This document shows, one piece after another, positions 9,630-19,437 of a DNA stretch of 64,000 bases. The DNA comes from Candidatus Rariloculaceae bacterium (GTDB lineage Bacteria > Pseudomonadota > Gammaproteobacteria > Steroidobacterales > Rariloculaceae): positions 287,051-351,050 of the forward strand of contig JBJKYL010000010.1 in the NCBI GenBank assembly GCA_045561055.1. The letters are read 5' to 3'. The notes under the pieces were generated by a model. It was not told where the DNA came from. It saw only the letters and a list, made by a program, of their open reading frames with translations, and did not search any database. The position numbers and the translations under genes are program-made. Position 1 is the stretch's first letter. Each line of letters opens with the position of its first letter.

Positions 9630-9965
9630 CTAGTACCTCGGTATTTGTGGATCAATGCTTTGCGACCAGGCTTCAATACCGCCGGTAAGGTTGAATACGT
9701 TCTCGAAGCCTACGGCCAGTAGATATCCTGCTACGTTTCTACTGCGCCCACCTACGTGACACATCACAACGAGTGAACGTTCGCGGTCGAGCTCATCGAG
9801 CCGCTGAGGTATCTCACGCATTGGGATATGCACGGTACCGGATAGCGCCGCGAGTTCCAATTCGTTTGGTTCGCGAACGTCGACAAGAATAACGTCTTCG
9901 GACCGCGTTCTCTCGGGCCAGCGGTTGCAGAATTGTTCAGGAGTCAACTCCGGGACGATTGTCAT
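9630..9965 (-). CDS. Rhodanese-domain sulfurtransferase
   Basis: 111 aa with active-site loop CHVGGRS and a single rhodanese domain. Confidence 0.8.
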   Translation of the reverse strand: MTIVPELTPEQFCNRWPERTRSEDVILVDVREPNELELAALSGTVHIPMREIPQRLDELDRERSLVVMCHVGGRSRNVAGYLLAVGFENVFNLTGGIEAWSQSIDPQIPRY

Positions 9966-10084
9966 ATTTTAGAGAATATTTGGTCCTACCATATTGGTCT
10001 TACCATATTGTAGCACGACTTTTACCCCGAATTCTAATGCCCTAAAGCGGACACATTAGGAAGGTTCCAAATTAATGTTTTCGA

Positions 10085-10735
10085 TCAGAGGACAAACGGT
10101 TTAGGTTTTTTAGCGTTGACAAGCGGTGTTAACACCAATTCGAAGAGGCTCTCTCGGCTAATCTGATCGTTAGGATGCATAGTTGTCACGCGCGCTTCCA
10201 TGGCAGGTGCTCGACCTTCGATAGTGAACAGACGGCCTCCTGGTCGAAGCATTCGAACGAAATGATCGTCTTGTTCTGGCAAGGATCCTGTAACGGCTAT
10301 CGCATCGAACTTCTGTTGGTACCCCATTTGCAGGGCATCGAGAGTGACAAACTCAGCATTCGAAATGCCTAGTTGCGTAAACTTGCTTTTGGCATCTTTC
10401 GAGAAGCTTTCATATATATCTACACTGCGGACCTTTTTTGCAAGTCGTGCTAGGCAAGCAGTCAGAAAACCGCTACCGGTGCCGATTTCGAGGACGTTGT
10501 CAGTCGGATTAAGAGAGAGAGCTTGAAGGAGCCGGCCTTCTACCTTTGGGGCCATCATTTCCTGGCCGCGGGCTAGCGGGATTTCAAGGTCGGCAAATGC
10601 CAGTCCACGCTGGGATTTGGGGACAAACGACTCTCGGGGAATAGCTCCGAGAACGTCGAGGACACGTCCGTCCAAGACCTCCCAGGCGCGGATTTGTTGT
10701 CCCAACATCTGGGTTCGTGCTTCTTCGAAATTCAT
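10085..10735 (-). CDS. Protein-L-isoaspartate O-methyltransferase-like SAM methyltransferase
   Basis: 216 aa with SAM motif I LEIGTGSGFLTA. This is the Pcm-like paralogue often found upstream of tolC. Confidence 0.7.
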   Translation of the reverse strand: MNFEEARTQMLGQQIRAWEVLDGRVLDVLGAIPRESFVPKSQRGLAFADLEIPLARGQEMMAPKVEGRLLQALSLNPTDNVLEIGTGSGFLTACLARLAKKVRSVDIYESFSKDAKSKFTQLGISNAEFVTLDALQMGYQQKFDAIAVTGSLPEQDDHFVRMLRPGGRLFTIEGRAPAMEARVTTMHPNDQISRESLFELVLTPLVNAKKPKPFVL

Positions 10736-10943
10736 TGTTCTCGTAGAGTATGGCGGTTACCAGTCAGGGGTTACTCTTAAGGTTACGAAGTTAGCCTAAG
10801 TTACACAAGGAGCCCCTGAAAACTTAAAGGATCTTGAGGATTCGTCGTTCTTTCATGGCATGTCGTGACCAAGCGCTCTCCAACAATTTTTTCGTTAAAC
10901 TCAGGCTATAGAATAGACACCCTATCGCGATTTTTCGCTATTA

Positions 10944-12956
10944 CTAGAGCAATGGTACAGCGAGTAATGCGACAATGTTGATGATCTTAATCAGCGGATT
11001 GATCGCAGGACCTGCTGTATCTTTGTATGGGTCGCCAACTGTGTCGCCGGTAATTGCGGCTTTGTGGGCATCAGACCCTTTGCCGCCCAAGTTACCGTCC
11101 TCGATGTACTTCTTTGCGTTATCCCATGCGCCGCCACCGGTTGTCATCGAAATTGCGACGAACAGTCCCGTGATAATCGTGCCGACGAGCAGTCCGCCCA
11201 ATGCCTGAGGACCGAGTAACTTCCCTACAAGTAGTGGGACAGCAATCGGCAATAGCGACGGTATAATCATCTCTTTGATCGCTGATTTGGTTAGCAGATC
11301 TACTGCTGTTGAATAATCAGGTTTCGTTGTTCCTTCCATGATCCCGGAGATTTCACGGAACTGCCTGCGAACTTCCTCCACCACCGAACCTGCTGCCCGG
11401 CCAACGGCTTCCATGGCCATGGCACCAAACAGATACGGTACGAGTCCGCCGATGAACAAACCGATGATGACGCGGTAATCGGAAAGGTCGAAAGCTAATA
11501 TGCCCAACCCGGCCTTTTCGAGGCTATGTGTATAGTCTGCGAATAGGACGAGTGCTGCGAGACCAGCCGATCCGATCGCATAACCTTTGGTTACGGCCTT
11601 AGTTGTATTGCCGACCGCGTCTAACGCGTCGGTAACTTCGCGTACGCTTGCCGGCAGGTCCGCCATCTCGGCAATCCCGCCTGCGTTGTCAGTTATTGGG
11701 CCGTAAGCGTCAAGCGCGACGACCATTCCGGTCATGGAAAGCATGCTAGTTGCTGCGATAGCAAGCCCGTAGAGTTCGGCTAGCTGATAGGCACCCCAGA
11801 TTGAGGCGCTGACAGCGATAACCGGCAGAGCCGTTGACCGCATTGCCACGCCCATGCCTGCGATAATATTTGTTGCATCGCCAGTTGTTGACGATTCAGC
11901 AATTTTCTTTACTGGAGCGTACTCGGTGCTCGTGTAGTACTCGGTAATGACTACCATGGCTGCGGTCAGAGCAAGGCCGATTAGTGAGGCATAGTAGAGA
12001 TTAATCGAGTTGTCTCCCATCAGCGCCACTGTTACTGGATAGAAGGCGATAGCCGCAAGCACGCCCGATACAATAACGCCCTTGTAGAGCGCGCCCATGA
12101 TGCTACCAGTATTAGTGCGGACGAAAAATGTTCCAATAATAGAGGCGATAATAGAGACTGCGCCAAGCACCATTGGGTAAATTACTGCGTTAGGGCCAAG
12201 TGTGGCGATTGTAAGACCGCCTAGGAGCATGGTAGCAATCAGTGTTACAGCGTAGGTTTCAAACAAATCTGCGGCCATGCCAGCACAATCGCCGACATTG
12301 TCGCCAACGTTATCGGCTATAACCGCAGGATTGCGCGGGTCGTCTTCCGGAATACCTGCCTCGACTTTACCGACTAAGTCCGCACCGACATCGGCGCCCT
12401 TTGTGAAAATTCCGCCTCCCAGTCTGGCGAAGATCGATATGAGGGAGCCGCCGAAAGCAAGGCCGACAAGTGCTTGAAGGACAGCATCTTCCTCCATTCC
12501 CATTGCATGGAGGATGCTGTAGTAGCCTGCGACGCCTAGAAGTCCGAGCCCCACGACGAGCAGTCCGGTGATGGCTCCGCCGCGGAAGGCGATCTGAAGT
12601 GCAAGGTTAATACCCTCTGTTGCCGCCTGCGCTGTTCTGACGTTAGATCGCACTGAGATGAACATGCCGATATAGCCCGCGAGTGCGGAGAAAGCCGCGC
12701 CTATAGCGAATCCTATCGCCGTTGACCACTCCAGTATGATGCCGAGAACTACAAATAACACCGCCCCGACCACGCCAATCGTGAGGTATTGACGATTCAT
12801 ATAAGCGCCCGCGCCTTCCTGAATGGCGGCCGCGATTTCCTGCATACGTTCAGTGCCAGCAGATTGGCTGAGGATCCACTTCACGGAGATCAGTCCGTAT
12901 AGCAGTGCGAGTAAAGAGGCTCCTATACAGAGCCACAAGGCATTAGTTGGGTTCAT
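10944..12956 (-). CDS. hppA: Membrane-bound H+-translocating pyrophosphatase, K+-independent type
   Basis: About 670 aa and polytopic. Motifs [38 protein letters not shown] and [30 protein letters not shown] has Lys at the position that marks K+-independent enzymes. I prefer ATG 12956 (MNPTNALW...) to the upstream ATG 12986. Confidence 0.9.
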   Translation of the reverse strand: MNPTNALWLCIGASLLALLYGLISVKWILSQSAGTERMQEIAAAIQEGAGAYMNRQYLTIGVVGAVLFVVLGIILEWSTAIGFAIGAAFSALAGYIGMFISVRSNVRTAQAATEGINLALQIAFRGGAITGLLVVGLGLLGVAGYYSILHAMGMEEDAVLQALVGLAFGGSLISIFARLGGGIFTKGADVGADLVGKVEAGIPEDDPRNPAVIADNVGDNVGDCAGMAADLFETYAVTLIATMLLGGLTIATLGPNAVIYPMVLGAVSIIASIIGTFFVRTNTGSIMGALYKGVIVSGVLAAIAFYPVTVALMGDNSINLYYASLIGLALTAAMVVITEYYTSTEYAPVKKIAESSTTGDATNIIAGMGVAMRSTALPVIAVSASIWGAYQLAELYGLAIAATSMLSMTGMVVALDAYGPITDNAGGIAEMADLPASVREVTDALDAVGNTTKAVTKGYAIGSAGLAALVLFADYTHSLEKAGLGILAFDLSDYRVIIGLFIGGLVPYLFGAMAMEAVGRAAGSVVEEVRRQFREISGIMEGTTKPDYSTAVDLLTKSAIKEMIIPSLLPIAVPLLVGKLLGPQALGGLLVGTIITGLFVAISMTTGGGAWDNAKKYIEDGNLGGKGSDAHKAAITGDTVGDPYKDTAGPAINPLIKIINIVALLAVPLL

Positions 12957-13099
12957 TCCGTTTTTCTCCGAAATCTCCGGCCACAATCTATCGGGAACCT
13001 GCAGATGCAGGTCTCAAGTTAATTTTGTAGTAGCGTTCGTCTGCCCTGGGCACGATCAATTGCGAGCCACTTATTGGTTACCGAGCCGCACAAGGCATG

Positions 13100-14362
13100 T
13101 TATTTTAGCACAAAGTTTCCGCCTAGCTTGGGTTTGACCGAGACACATTTGAGCCTGGCATAGCGAGGCAATCCATTGCGGTACGGTGGATAGTCTTCGC
13201 CCTGGATCAATGGCTTTAAATACCGGCGACACGCCGCAGTTATGGTAAAGCCATCGCGGCTGATGAAACTTTTCGGCATCATTTTCTCTCGGTTGGCTAC
13301 GCGGCTAAGAGGAACTTGACCGACGGTCCACCGGTAGGGGTTGTCAGACTTTCGTACAATCGTCGGCATTACGGCATTCTCGCCTCGTAAAGCAAGTTGG
13401 ACGGCTGTTTTGCCGACCGCATAGGCCTGTTCAACATCCACTTTTGACGCGATGTGTCGCGCCGACCGTTGTAGGTAATCTGCAATGGCGTAGTGGTATT
13501 TCACGTCTAGTTTGTCTCTGATGATCTTTGCTATTGCGGGTGCGACCCCGCCAAGCTGTGCATGCCCAAAAGCGTCGCGGGTCCCGGCGTCGGCTAAAAA
13601 TCGACCGTTGCGGTAACGTGTCCCCTCCGAAACGACGATGACGCAATAGTCATAGCGCCGCACGCATTCTTTGACACGAGCTAGAAAACGCGTCTGATGG
13701 AAAGGGATTTCCGGGAAAAGAATAATATGCGGAGCATCCGCCGACGTTTGTCCAGCTAGCGCAGCGGCCGCGGCGATCCAGCCCGCATGCCGGCCCATGA
13801 CTTCTAGGATAAACACCTTTGTTGATGTTTTCGCCATGGACGCAACATCCATTGCTGCCTCCCGGGTAGATACGGCAACATACTTTGCAACCGAACCGAA
13901 ACCCGGACAGACGTCAGTTATTGGTAAATCGTTGTCCACGGTCTTAGGGATGCCGACGCAGGTAACAGGAAATCTAAGCTTACGGCCAATCTGTGAGACC
14001 TTGTGTGCGGTATCCATGGAGTCTCCGCCGCCGTTATAGAAGAAGTAGCCGATATTGTGAGCCCTGAATATCGCTATCAAGCGCTCATACTCTATGTGAT
14101 TCTCATCCAGTCCTTTTAGTTTGTAACGCGCGGAACCGAATGCTCCGCCGGGGGTATGTCTCAGTGCTGCTATAGTTTTTGCGGATTCTTTACTCGTGTC
14201 TATCATATCTTCCGTCAGGGCGCCGATGATGCCATTGCGGCCGGCATAAACTTTGCCGATCTTGTCCTTATGCTTCCGCGCAGTCTCAATTAATCCGCAT
14301 GCGGAGGCGTTAATAACGGAAGTTACTCCTCCGGATTGAGCGTAAAATGCATTTTGTTTCAC
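13100..14362 (-). CDS. pfp: 6-phosphofructokinase, probably pyrophosphate-dependent (PPi-PFK)
   Basis: 420 aa. Motifs SGGVTSVINAS, GGGDS and IPKTVDNDL; Lys replaces the Gly of ATP-PFK PGTIDND, which is a PPi-PFK signature. It lies directly upstream of hppA on the same strand. Confidence 0.75.
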   Translation of the reverse strand: MKQNAFYAQSGGVTSVINASACGLIETARKHKDKIGKVYAGRNGIIGALTEDMIDTSKESAKTIAALRHTPGGAFGSARYKLKGLDENHIEYERLIAIFRAHNIGYFFYNGGGDSMDTAHKVSQIGRKLRFPVTCVGIPKTVDNDLPITDVCPGFGSVAKYVAVSTREAAMDVASMAKTSTKVFILEVMGRHAGWIAAAAALAGQTSADAPHIILFPEIPFHQTRFLARVKECVRRYDYCVIVVSEGTRYRNGRFLADAGTRDAFGHAQLGGVAPAIAKIIRDKLDVKYHYAIADYLQRSARHIASKVDVEQAYAVGKTAVQLALRGENAVMPTIVRKSDNPYRWTVGQVPLSRVANREKMMPKSFISRDGFTITAACRRYLKPLIQGEDYPPYRNGLPRYARLKCVSVKPKLGGNFVLK

Positions 14363-14501
14363 TAGTTCTCCGCTAAAATATTTATTTCCAATATGCTAGC
14401 CAGACAGTCTAACAAAGACCACCCTCGCGTTGACGGAGCGAATAGACCGAGATAGTTTACGCGTCCCCTCCCATACAACACAGGACTGTGGTGGCACTAT
14501 T

Positions 14502-15152
14502 ATGAGAACAGTACTTCTTGGTGCCCCAGGTGCTGGTAAAGGTACGCAGGCGCAGCAGCTACAGGAGAATTATGGTTGGCCGCAGGTGTCGACTGGCGAT
14601 TTACTTCGCAAAGCTGTTGCTGAAGGGACGGACCTCGGTTTTAAGGCCAAGGCAATAATTGATGCTGGCAATCTGGTCTCAGATGCGATTGTGCTGGAAG
14701 TAATAAAGGAACGGTTAGCTAGAGACGACGCGAAGTCAGGATTCGTGTTAGATGGATTCCCTCGCAATAAGGTACAGGCAAGAGATCTTGCGGCCGTATT
14801 GGCGGGATCGAAAATGCAGCTAGATTACGCTGTGCTAATGCACGTCGACTTTGAAATCTTGATGAAACGGCTGACGGGACGCCGTATATGCTCTAAGACT
14901 GGACGTCTTTTGAACGTGTATTTCTCGCCACAGTCCGAGCTCGACAAGTGTAGGAAGAACGGGGGCGAGCTAATCCAGCGTGCCGATGACAAAGAGGAGG
15001 CTATCTTAAATCGTCTCCAGGTATATGAACGGGAAACCGCACCATTGATCGAATATTACCGCACGGAAGGTTTGCTGCAAATCGTCCAAGCCGAGGGCCC
15101 CCCTGGTGAAGTTTATGCTCGCTTACTTGCTGCGTTAGGTCTCGGCAAGTAA
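14502..15152 (+). CDS. adk: Adenylate kinase
   Basis: P-loop GAPGAGKGTQA, then VSTGDLLR and DGFPR. ATG 14502 is preferred to the track's upstream start at 14430. Confidence 0.9.
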   Translation: MRTVLLGAPGAGKGTQAQQLQENYGWPQVSTGDLLRKAVAEGTDLGFKAKAIIDAGNLVSDAIVLEVIKERLARDDAKSGFVLDGFPRNKVQARDLAAVLAGSKMQLDYAVLMHVDFEILMKRLTGRRICSKTGRLLNVYFSPQSELDKCRKNGGELIQRADDKEEAILNRLQVYERETAPLIEYYRTEGLLQIVQAEGPPGEVYARLLAALGLGK

Positions 15153-16214
15153 CTGTTCGAGCTCAATTTGCCGCCAACCGCTGTGGATGCGCCCGGAGGG
15201 TCGGCCGAGAAGAAGTTCCTCCATCTCTTTACGGGTGGCTAGAACTTCATCTTGTATTCCCAGTGTTTCGGCACGTAGCCGAACTCGTTCCTGCAGCGCT
15301 TGCAATGACTTTTTGTCTGGGCGTTCCAGTGGAAGATTTGCGTCGAGCAACGTGCACGGCTCTGCGTTCTCGCTATCCCGCAGTTCGGATAAAATATCCA
15401 TTCCGGAGTGATCGGCTAGTCGTTGCGGCATTTCGGTAATGGCTTTCAGTGATTTTAGATTCTCCGGTGGATTTTTAGCGATTCGCATCAGTACTTCATC
15501 GCTCATGATCCAGCGCCTCGGCCGGTTCTGCGATTGCGCACGTCGTTCCCGCCATGCGACCATTGCCAGGGCGGCTGCCCGATGTTTAGGTCCCAACGAT
15601 TTCAGTCCGCGTAGCCGGCTCCAGATCGCCAGCGGCGGTGCGATTGGCGGGATGCTTAACGCAGCGAGACAATCCTCCTTCATCCAGCCTCCGCGCTGTA
15701 ACCCACGTAGTTTGGGCTCCAGGATGTTCCACAACGGAAGCAGATAACGCACGTCGTCAAGCGCATACTTTACTGCCTTATCAGACAGTGGTCTGTGACT
15801 CCAGTCTGTGCGCGCGAGCCCTTTCTCGAGATGGATACCAATTTCCTCTACTAGCAAAGACTGGAGGCCGATCTGTGATGGATGACCCAATAACGCTCCT
15901 GCCGTCTGCGTATCGATCAGCTCGTTCGGTAGGCGAGTGTCTTGCAAATATAAGACCTCCATGTCCTGGCGAGCACTGTGCAGGATCCACGCGCAGTCGG
16001 TTCGGAAGAGCTGGTCGAAGAATTGTTTAAGGTCGATATCCGCCAGGCAGTCGACACAAGCTGTTACTTTTGGTGTCGCGATTTGTATCAGGCATAGCTT
16101 CGGGTAGTAGGTTTTCTCTCTAACAAACTCCGTGTCGAGCGCCAACAGCGGTTCCGAACAAATGCCTTCCAACAGAGAGGCTAATTTGTTGTTTGTGTCT
16201 ACATATAGACTCAT
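15135..16214 (-). CDS. rnd: Ribonuclease D
   Basis: 359 aa. DEDDy exonuclease motifs LALDTEF and YALDDVRYL, followed by an HRDC region. Confidence 0.85.
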   Translation of the reverse strand: MSLYVDTNNKLASLLEGICSEPLLALDTEFVREKTYYPKLCLIQIATPKVTACVDCLADIDLKQFFDQLFRTDCAWILHSARQDMEVLYLQDTRLPNELIDTQTAGALLGHPSQIGLQSLLVEEIGIHLEKGLARTDWSHRPLSDKAVKYALDDVRYLLPLWNILEPKLRGLQRGGWMKEDCLAALSIPPIAPPLAIWSRLRGLKSLGPKHRAAALAMVAWRERRAQSQNRPRRWIMSDEVLMRIAKNPPENLKSLKAITEMPQRLADHSGMDILSELRDSENAEPCTLLDANLPLERPDKKSLQALQERVRLRAETLGIQDEVLATRKEMEELLLGRPSGRIHSGWRQIELEQLLAET

Positions 16215-16298
16215 ATCAAGTACTTAATTCTTTTGTACTTAGTTTGTAGGCTATTATCATCAATATTTACCTTTCGTGGCGAAAGCCGGTTCGGAGTA

Positions 16299-16826
16299 AT
16301 GAAAGATTTGTGGCGCCTTGGAATAGTATTTGTGGATATTGCTCTGCACCGTCGTGGCCCGGAGCATATACCATCATCGGCCTTCTTGTTCGGTCTTCTT
16401 ACGACCATATATTTAATCGTGAGCATTGTCGCGACGCAGGTTGCGGAGCCGTTTCCCCAGAGCCGTGGGCATGGTCATTTTCGAGACACGTTGCTTTTAT
16501 CTCGGCTTTATTTGGTTGCTGTTATCAATTCGATCGTAGTACCTGATCGTTTCTACCAAACAGTGTCCGCGATATTTGGGGCACAGACGTTCTTAACTCT
16601 TATCGGTATCCCGATTCTGATTAGTATTGGCATCGAGAGTGGTGAAATCGAAACTTTCAATGTAGGCAGCTGGCTGTTTTTTATATTGATACTCTGGTCC
16701 ATCGACATTGCCAAGTTTTGTGTTGTCACGCGCGCTACAATTATCGTATTTCTTGGGTGTGCTTATCGTACTAGGGTATTCGTTCAGTTCGCTCACGCTT
16801 GGCGGACTGTTATTCCCGGTAGCTAG
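16299..16826 (+). CDS. Hypothetical integral membrane protein
   Basis: Several hydrophobic segments and no motif I recognise. The start could be 16233 or 16299. The C-terminal 30 aa look atypical, so integrity is uncertain given the neighbouring frameshifted region. Confidence 0.3.
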   Translation: MKDLWRLGIVFVDIALHRRGPEHIPSSAFLFGLLTTIYLIVSIVATQVAEPFPQSRGHGHFRDTLLLSRLYLVAVINSIVVPDRFYQTVSAIFGAQTFLTLIGIPILISIGIESGEIETFNVGSWLFFILILWSIDIAKFCVVTRATIIVFLGCAYRTRVFVQFAHAWRTVIPGS

Positions 16827-16829
16827 CTG

Positions 16830-18215
16830 ATGCGCGTTCACATTCTTGGAATCTGTGGCACCTTTATGGGTGGCGTTGCAGCACTCGCGAAAGCGGCCGG
16901 TCATCAGGTTTCCCGGTTCCGATGAGAATGTCTATCCACCGATGAGTACGCAGCTGCGTAAGCTAGGTATTAGGCTGTACGAAGGCTACGATGATCGTCC
17001 AATTCGACGATGATCTGGTCTCGACTGTGTGGTCGTTGGCAATGTTCTTAGTCGTGGGAATTCTGCTATTGAGGCGTTGTTGGACTCTGGCCTTCTCCCT
17101 ACTATTCAGGGCCGGAATGGCTGACTAACAATGTTTTGTCCGACAAGTGGGTGCTTGCTGTTGCTGGTACTCACGGTAAGACGACGACTACCAGCATGTT
17201 GGCCTGGATACTCGACTATGCTGGATTATCACCAGGCTTTCTAATTGGCGGTGTCCCCATAAATTTCGGTATCTCTGCTCGTATTGGCCGATCGAAGTAT
17301 TTCGTTGTTGAAGCTGACGAATACGACACAGCGTTCTTCGACAAAACGCGCGAAGTTTGTCCATTATCGTCCGAGAACGCTGGCCATCACCAATATCGAA
17401 TACGATCATGCGGATATCTACGCGAATCTCGAAGCGATACTCTGGCAGTTTCATCAGCTTGTCAGGACCGTACCCAACAGCGGTTTGATCACAGTAAACG
17501 GCCGGGATCCGAACGTTGATGATCTTTTGGCCCTCGGTTCTTGGACTCCCATTGAGACATTCATCTCTGATGATACCGCTGCGACTTGGTCGGCAAGCTA
17601 TGACCTAATCGGCGCGAAATCACGTTTTCAGCATTTCGCGTCGCGGGTGAGCGTGTCGGGCAGGCCGACTGGGGCCTTGCTTGGGCGTCACAACCTTGAA
17701 AACGCACTGGCGGCTTTGAGTTCCGCAGTGCATGCGGGGCGTGGGAATCGATATTGCTCTCGAGGCGCTTTCAAGATTTAAGGGCGTCAAGCGCCGCCTA
17801 GATAAGAGAGGGGTATTCAAGGGTATTACGTTGTATGATGACTTCGCGCACCATCCTACAGCAATCGAAACGACACTCGCCGCGGTCAGGACACAAAAGG
17901 CCGAACAGCGAATCGTTGCGGTTATAGAGCTAAAATCCAACTCAATGCGTATGGGCGTGCAGCCGCGATGGCATGGTTAAGGCGCTCAGCAAAGCCGATC
18001 TAGTCCACATTTTGGTAAGTGATGACTTAAACTGGAAACCGGAATTCTCATTCGCCGCGATCGGAGAGAAGCTGACCGTTTCGTATGACGTCGATGAGTT
18101 GCTGGAGTCGCTTCTCGGCCAGCTAGAGTCCAGCGATCAGGTAGTTTTGATGTCAAATAGTAATTTTCGGGGCTTACCGAGGCTTCTACAGCAAGCGCTA
18201 AAGAGCAGCCTTTAG
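16830..18215 (+). pseudogene. mpl: UDP-N-acetylmuramate:L-Ala-gamma-D-Glu-meso-DAP ligase (murein peptide ligase), disrupted by multiple frame changes
   Basis: Mpl-like sequence is spread over all three + frames: MRVHILGICGTFMGG..., [40 protein letters not shown]...VVEADEYDTAFFDK, KFVHYRPRTLAITNIEYDHADIY, KGVKRRL...YDDFAHHPTAI and the C-terminal ...VVLMSNSNF. There are at least five frame switches and an in-frame TGA near 17008. Confidence 0.85.
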
Positions 18216-18266
18216 AGACTAAAGAGCACCTAAGGTGCTTAGAATTGGTGCCACGCACTGAGAAGT

Positions 18267-18491
18267 CTAGTCATGTTTCCCTCGGGCGATTCGAGATCTA
18301 TCAGCGTCTTTATTAATATCGGCAAGTCGATACAGGTCGTCGACGATGTTCGGGAGTGGGTGGTCCTGTTCGCGCAGGTAATGCACGGAACCTAAAAGCC
18401 AGATATCCGCGCTGTCAGTGCGCACGTGCCAGGCAGCTGGGTCAGCCCAGGTTGCTGGAGTTAATAAAAAAAATAGTATGGCGAGCCTCAT
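18267..18491 (-). pseudogene. N-terminal stub of a TraB/GumN-family protein
   Basis: 74 codons: a signal peptide plus ...IWLLGSVHYLREQDHPLPNIVDDLYRLAD, which is the family's N-terminal motif. It then stops, whereas full-length members are about 290 aa. No continuation exists in any frame before the mpl stop. Confidence 0.55.
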
Positions 18492-19260
18492 GTTGTTCTG
18501 CTCTCTTTAAGCCAATCGATCTCGGTGGAGATAGAGCCCTCGGTCTTTAGTGTGAGCCAACGTGAACCCGGCGGTTGTGTGCCCAGTGCGAATGTATCGC
18601 TTCCGGGAAGAAATTGAACGCAAGTAGACGGAGTACTCAGGAAGCGAATTCCGTCGCGTGTGCGATCCGAGACCTGATGAACATGTCCCCAGAGGACTCC
18701 CCGAACATTCTCATGCTGCTCGATGCAGGTTAAAAATTCTTTGGCATCTATGAGCCCGATCTTGTCGAGCCAGGTGCTACCCATCGGCAGGGGCTGGTGA
18801 TGCATACAAAATTAGCATGTGCTTGTCAGGGTGTGCGGCAAGAGTATTGGAGAGTTCGATAAGCTGCTCCTTACCAAGCCTGCCACCAGCTTCACAACCG
18901 GTTAAAGTGTTAAGGAAGACAAGCATCCAGTTAGTAATAGTCGTTTCGCCGCAAATCTGGAATGGCGCGTCAGCGAGCATCTCTACCATGAGTTGTAGAT
19001 TGTCGTGGTTTCCCGGCAAGCAAAAGATTGGGAGGCCAAGTGGTTTAAGTGCCTCGCGAAAATGTTTATAGCCAGCGCGGCTTTCATCTTGAACGATGTC
19101 GCCAGTGACTACGATCGCATCGGGTGGCCAGCGAGTATCACTTTGCACCTGGTCTAGGACAGCGAGGAATGTCTCGTAGGTGGGGACTCCCCGCATCCTA
19201 ACGTCGGCAGCAGCATGCAGATGAATGTCGGGTAATTTGTAGAAGGACAGCCGGGCGCAT
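18488..19260 (-). pseudogene. cpdA: 3',5'-cyclic-nucleotide phosphodiesterase (CpdA-like metallophosphoesterase), frameshifted
   Basis: Three pieces in different frames: MRPAVLLQIT..., then ...VVTGDIVQD...CLPGNHD..., then HHQPLPMGSTWLD...WGHVHQ...STPSTCVQF. Frame breaks lie at about 19230 and about 18805. Confidence 0.8.
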
Positions 19261-19437
19261 GATATTACTATAGGTGATCGGTGTCAGGTTGGTGGCCAGT
19301 TTGTCCGCATCATACGCAAATACTTCCTCGTAAATCAGTATTGGCTAACAGATATTCGGAAAATCATTATAGAGGTTGCGGAAGGGTGTCTGACGTAGGC
19401 GACAATCTTCCTGATTCGGTTCCACTAGAAAACCCCA

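Noticed and set aside
9977-10010. Tandem 14-bp repeats considered as a CRISPR or minisatellite array
   Set aside because: There are only about 2.4 directly adjacent copies with no spacers, far too short for CRISPR. It is reported only as a possible operator.
13046-13064. Sigma-54-like CTGGGCACGATCAATTGCG between pfp and hppA
   Set aside because: The GG-to-GC spacing is one nucleotide too long, and the motif is on the + strand while both flanking genes are on the minus strand.
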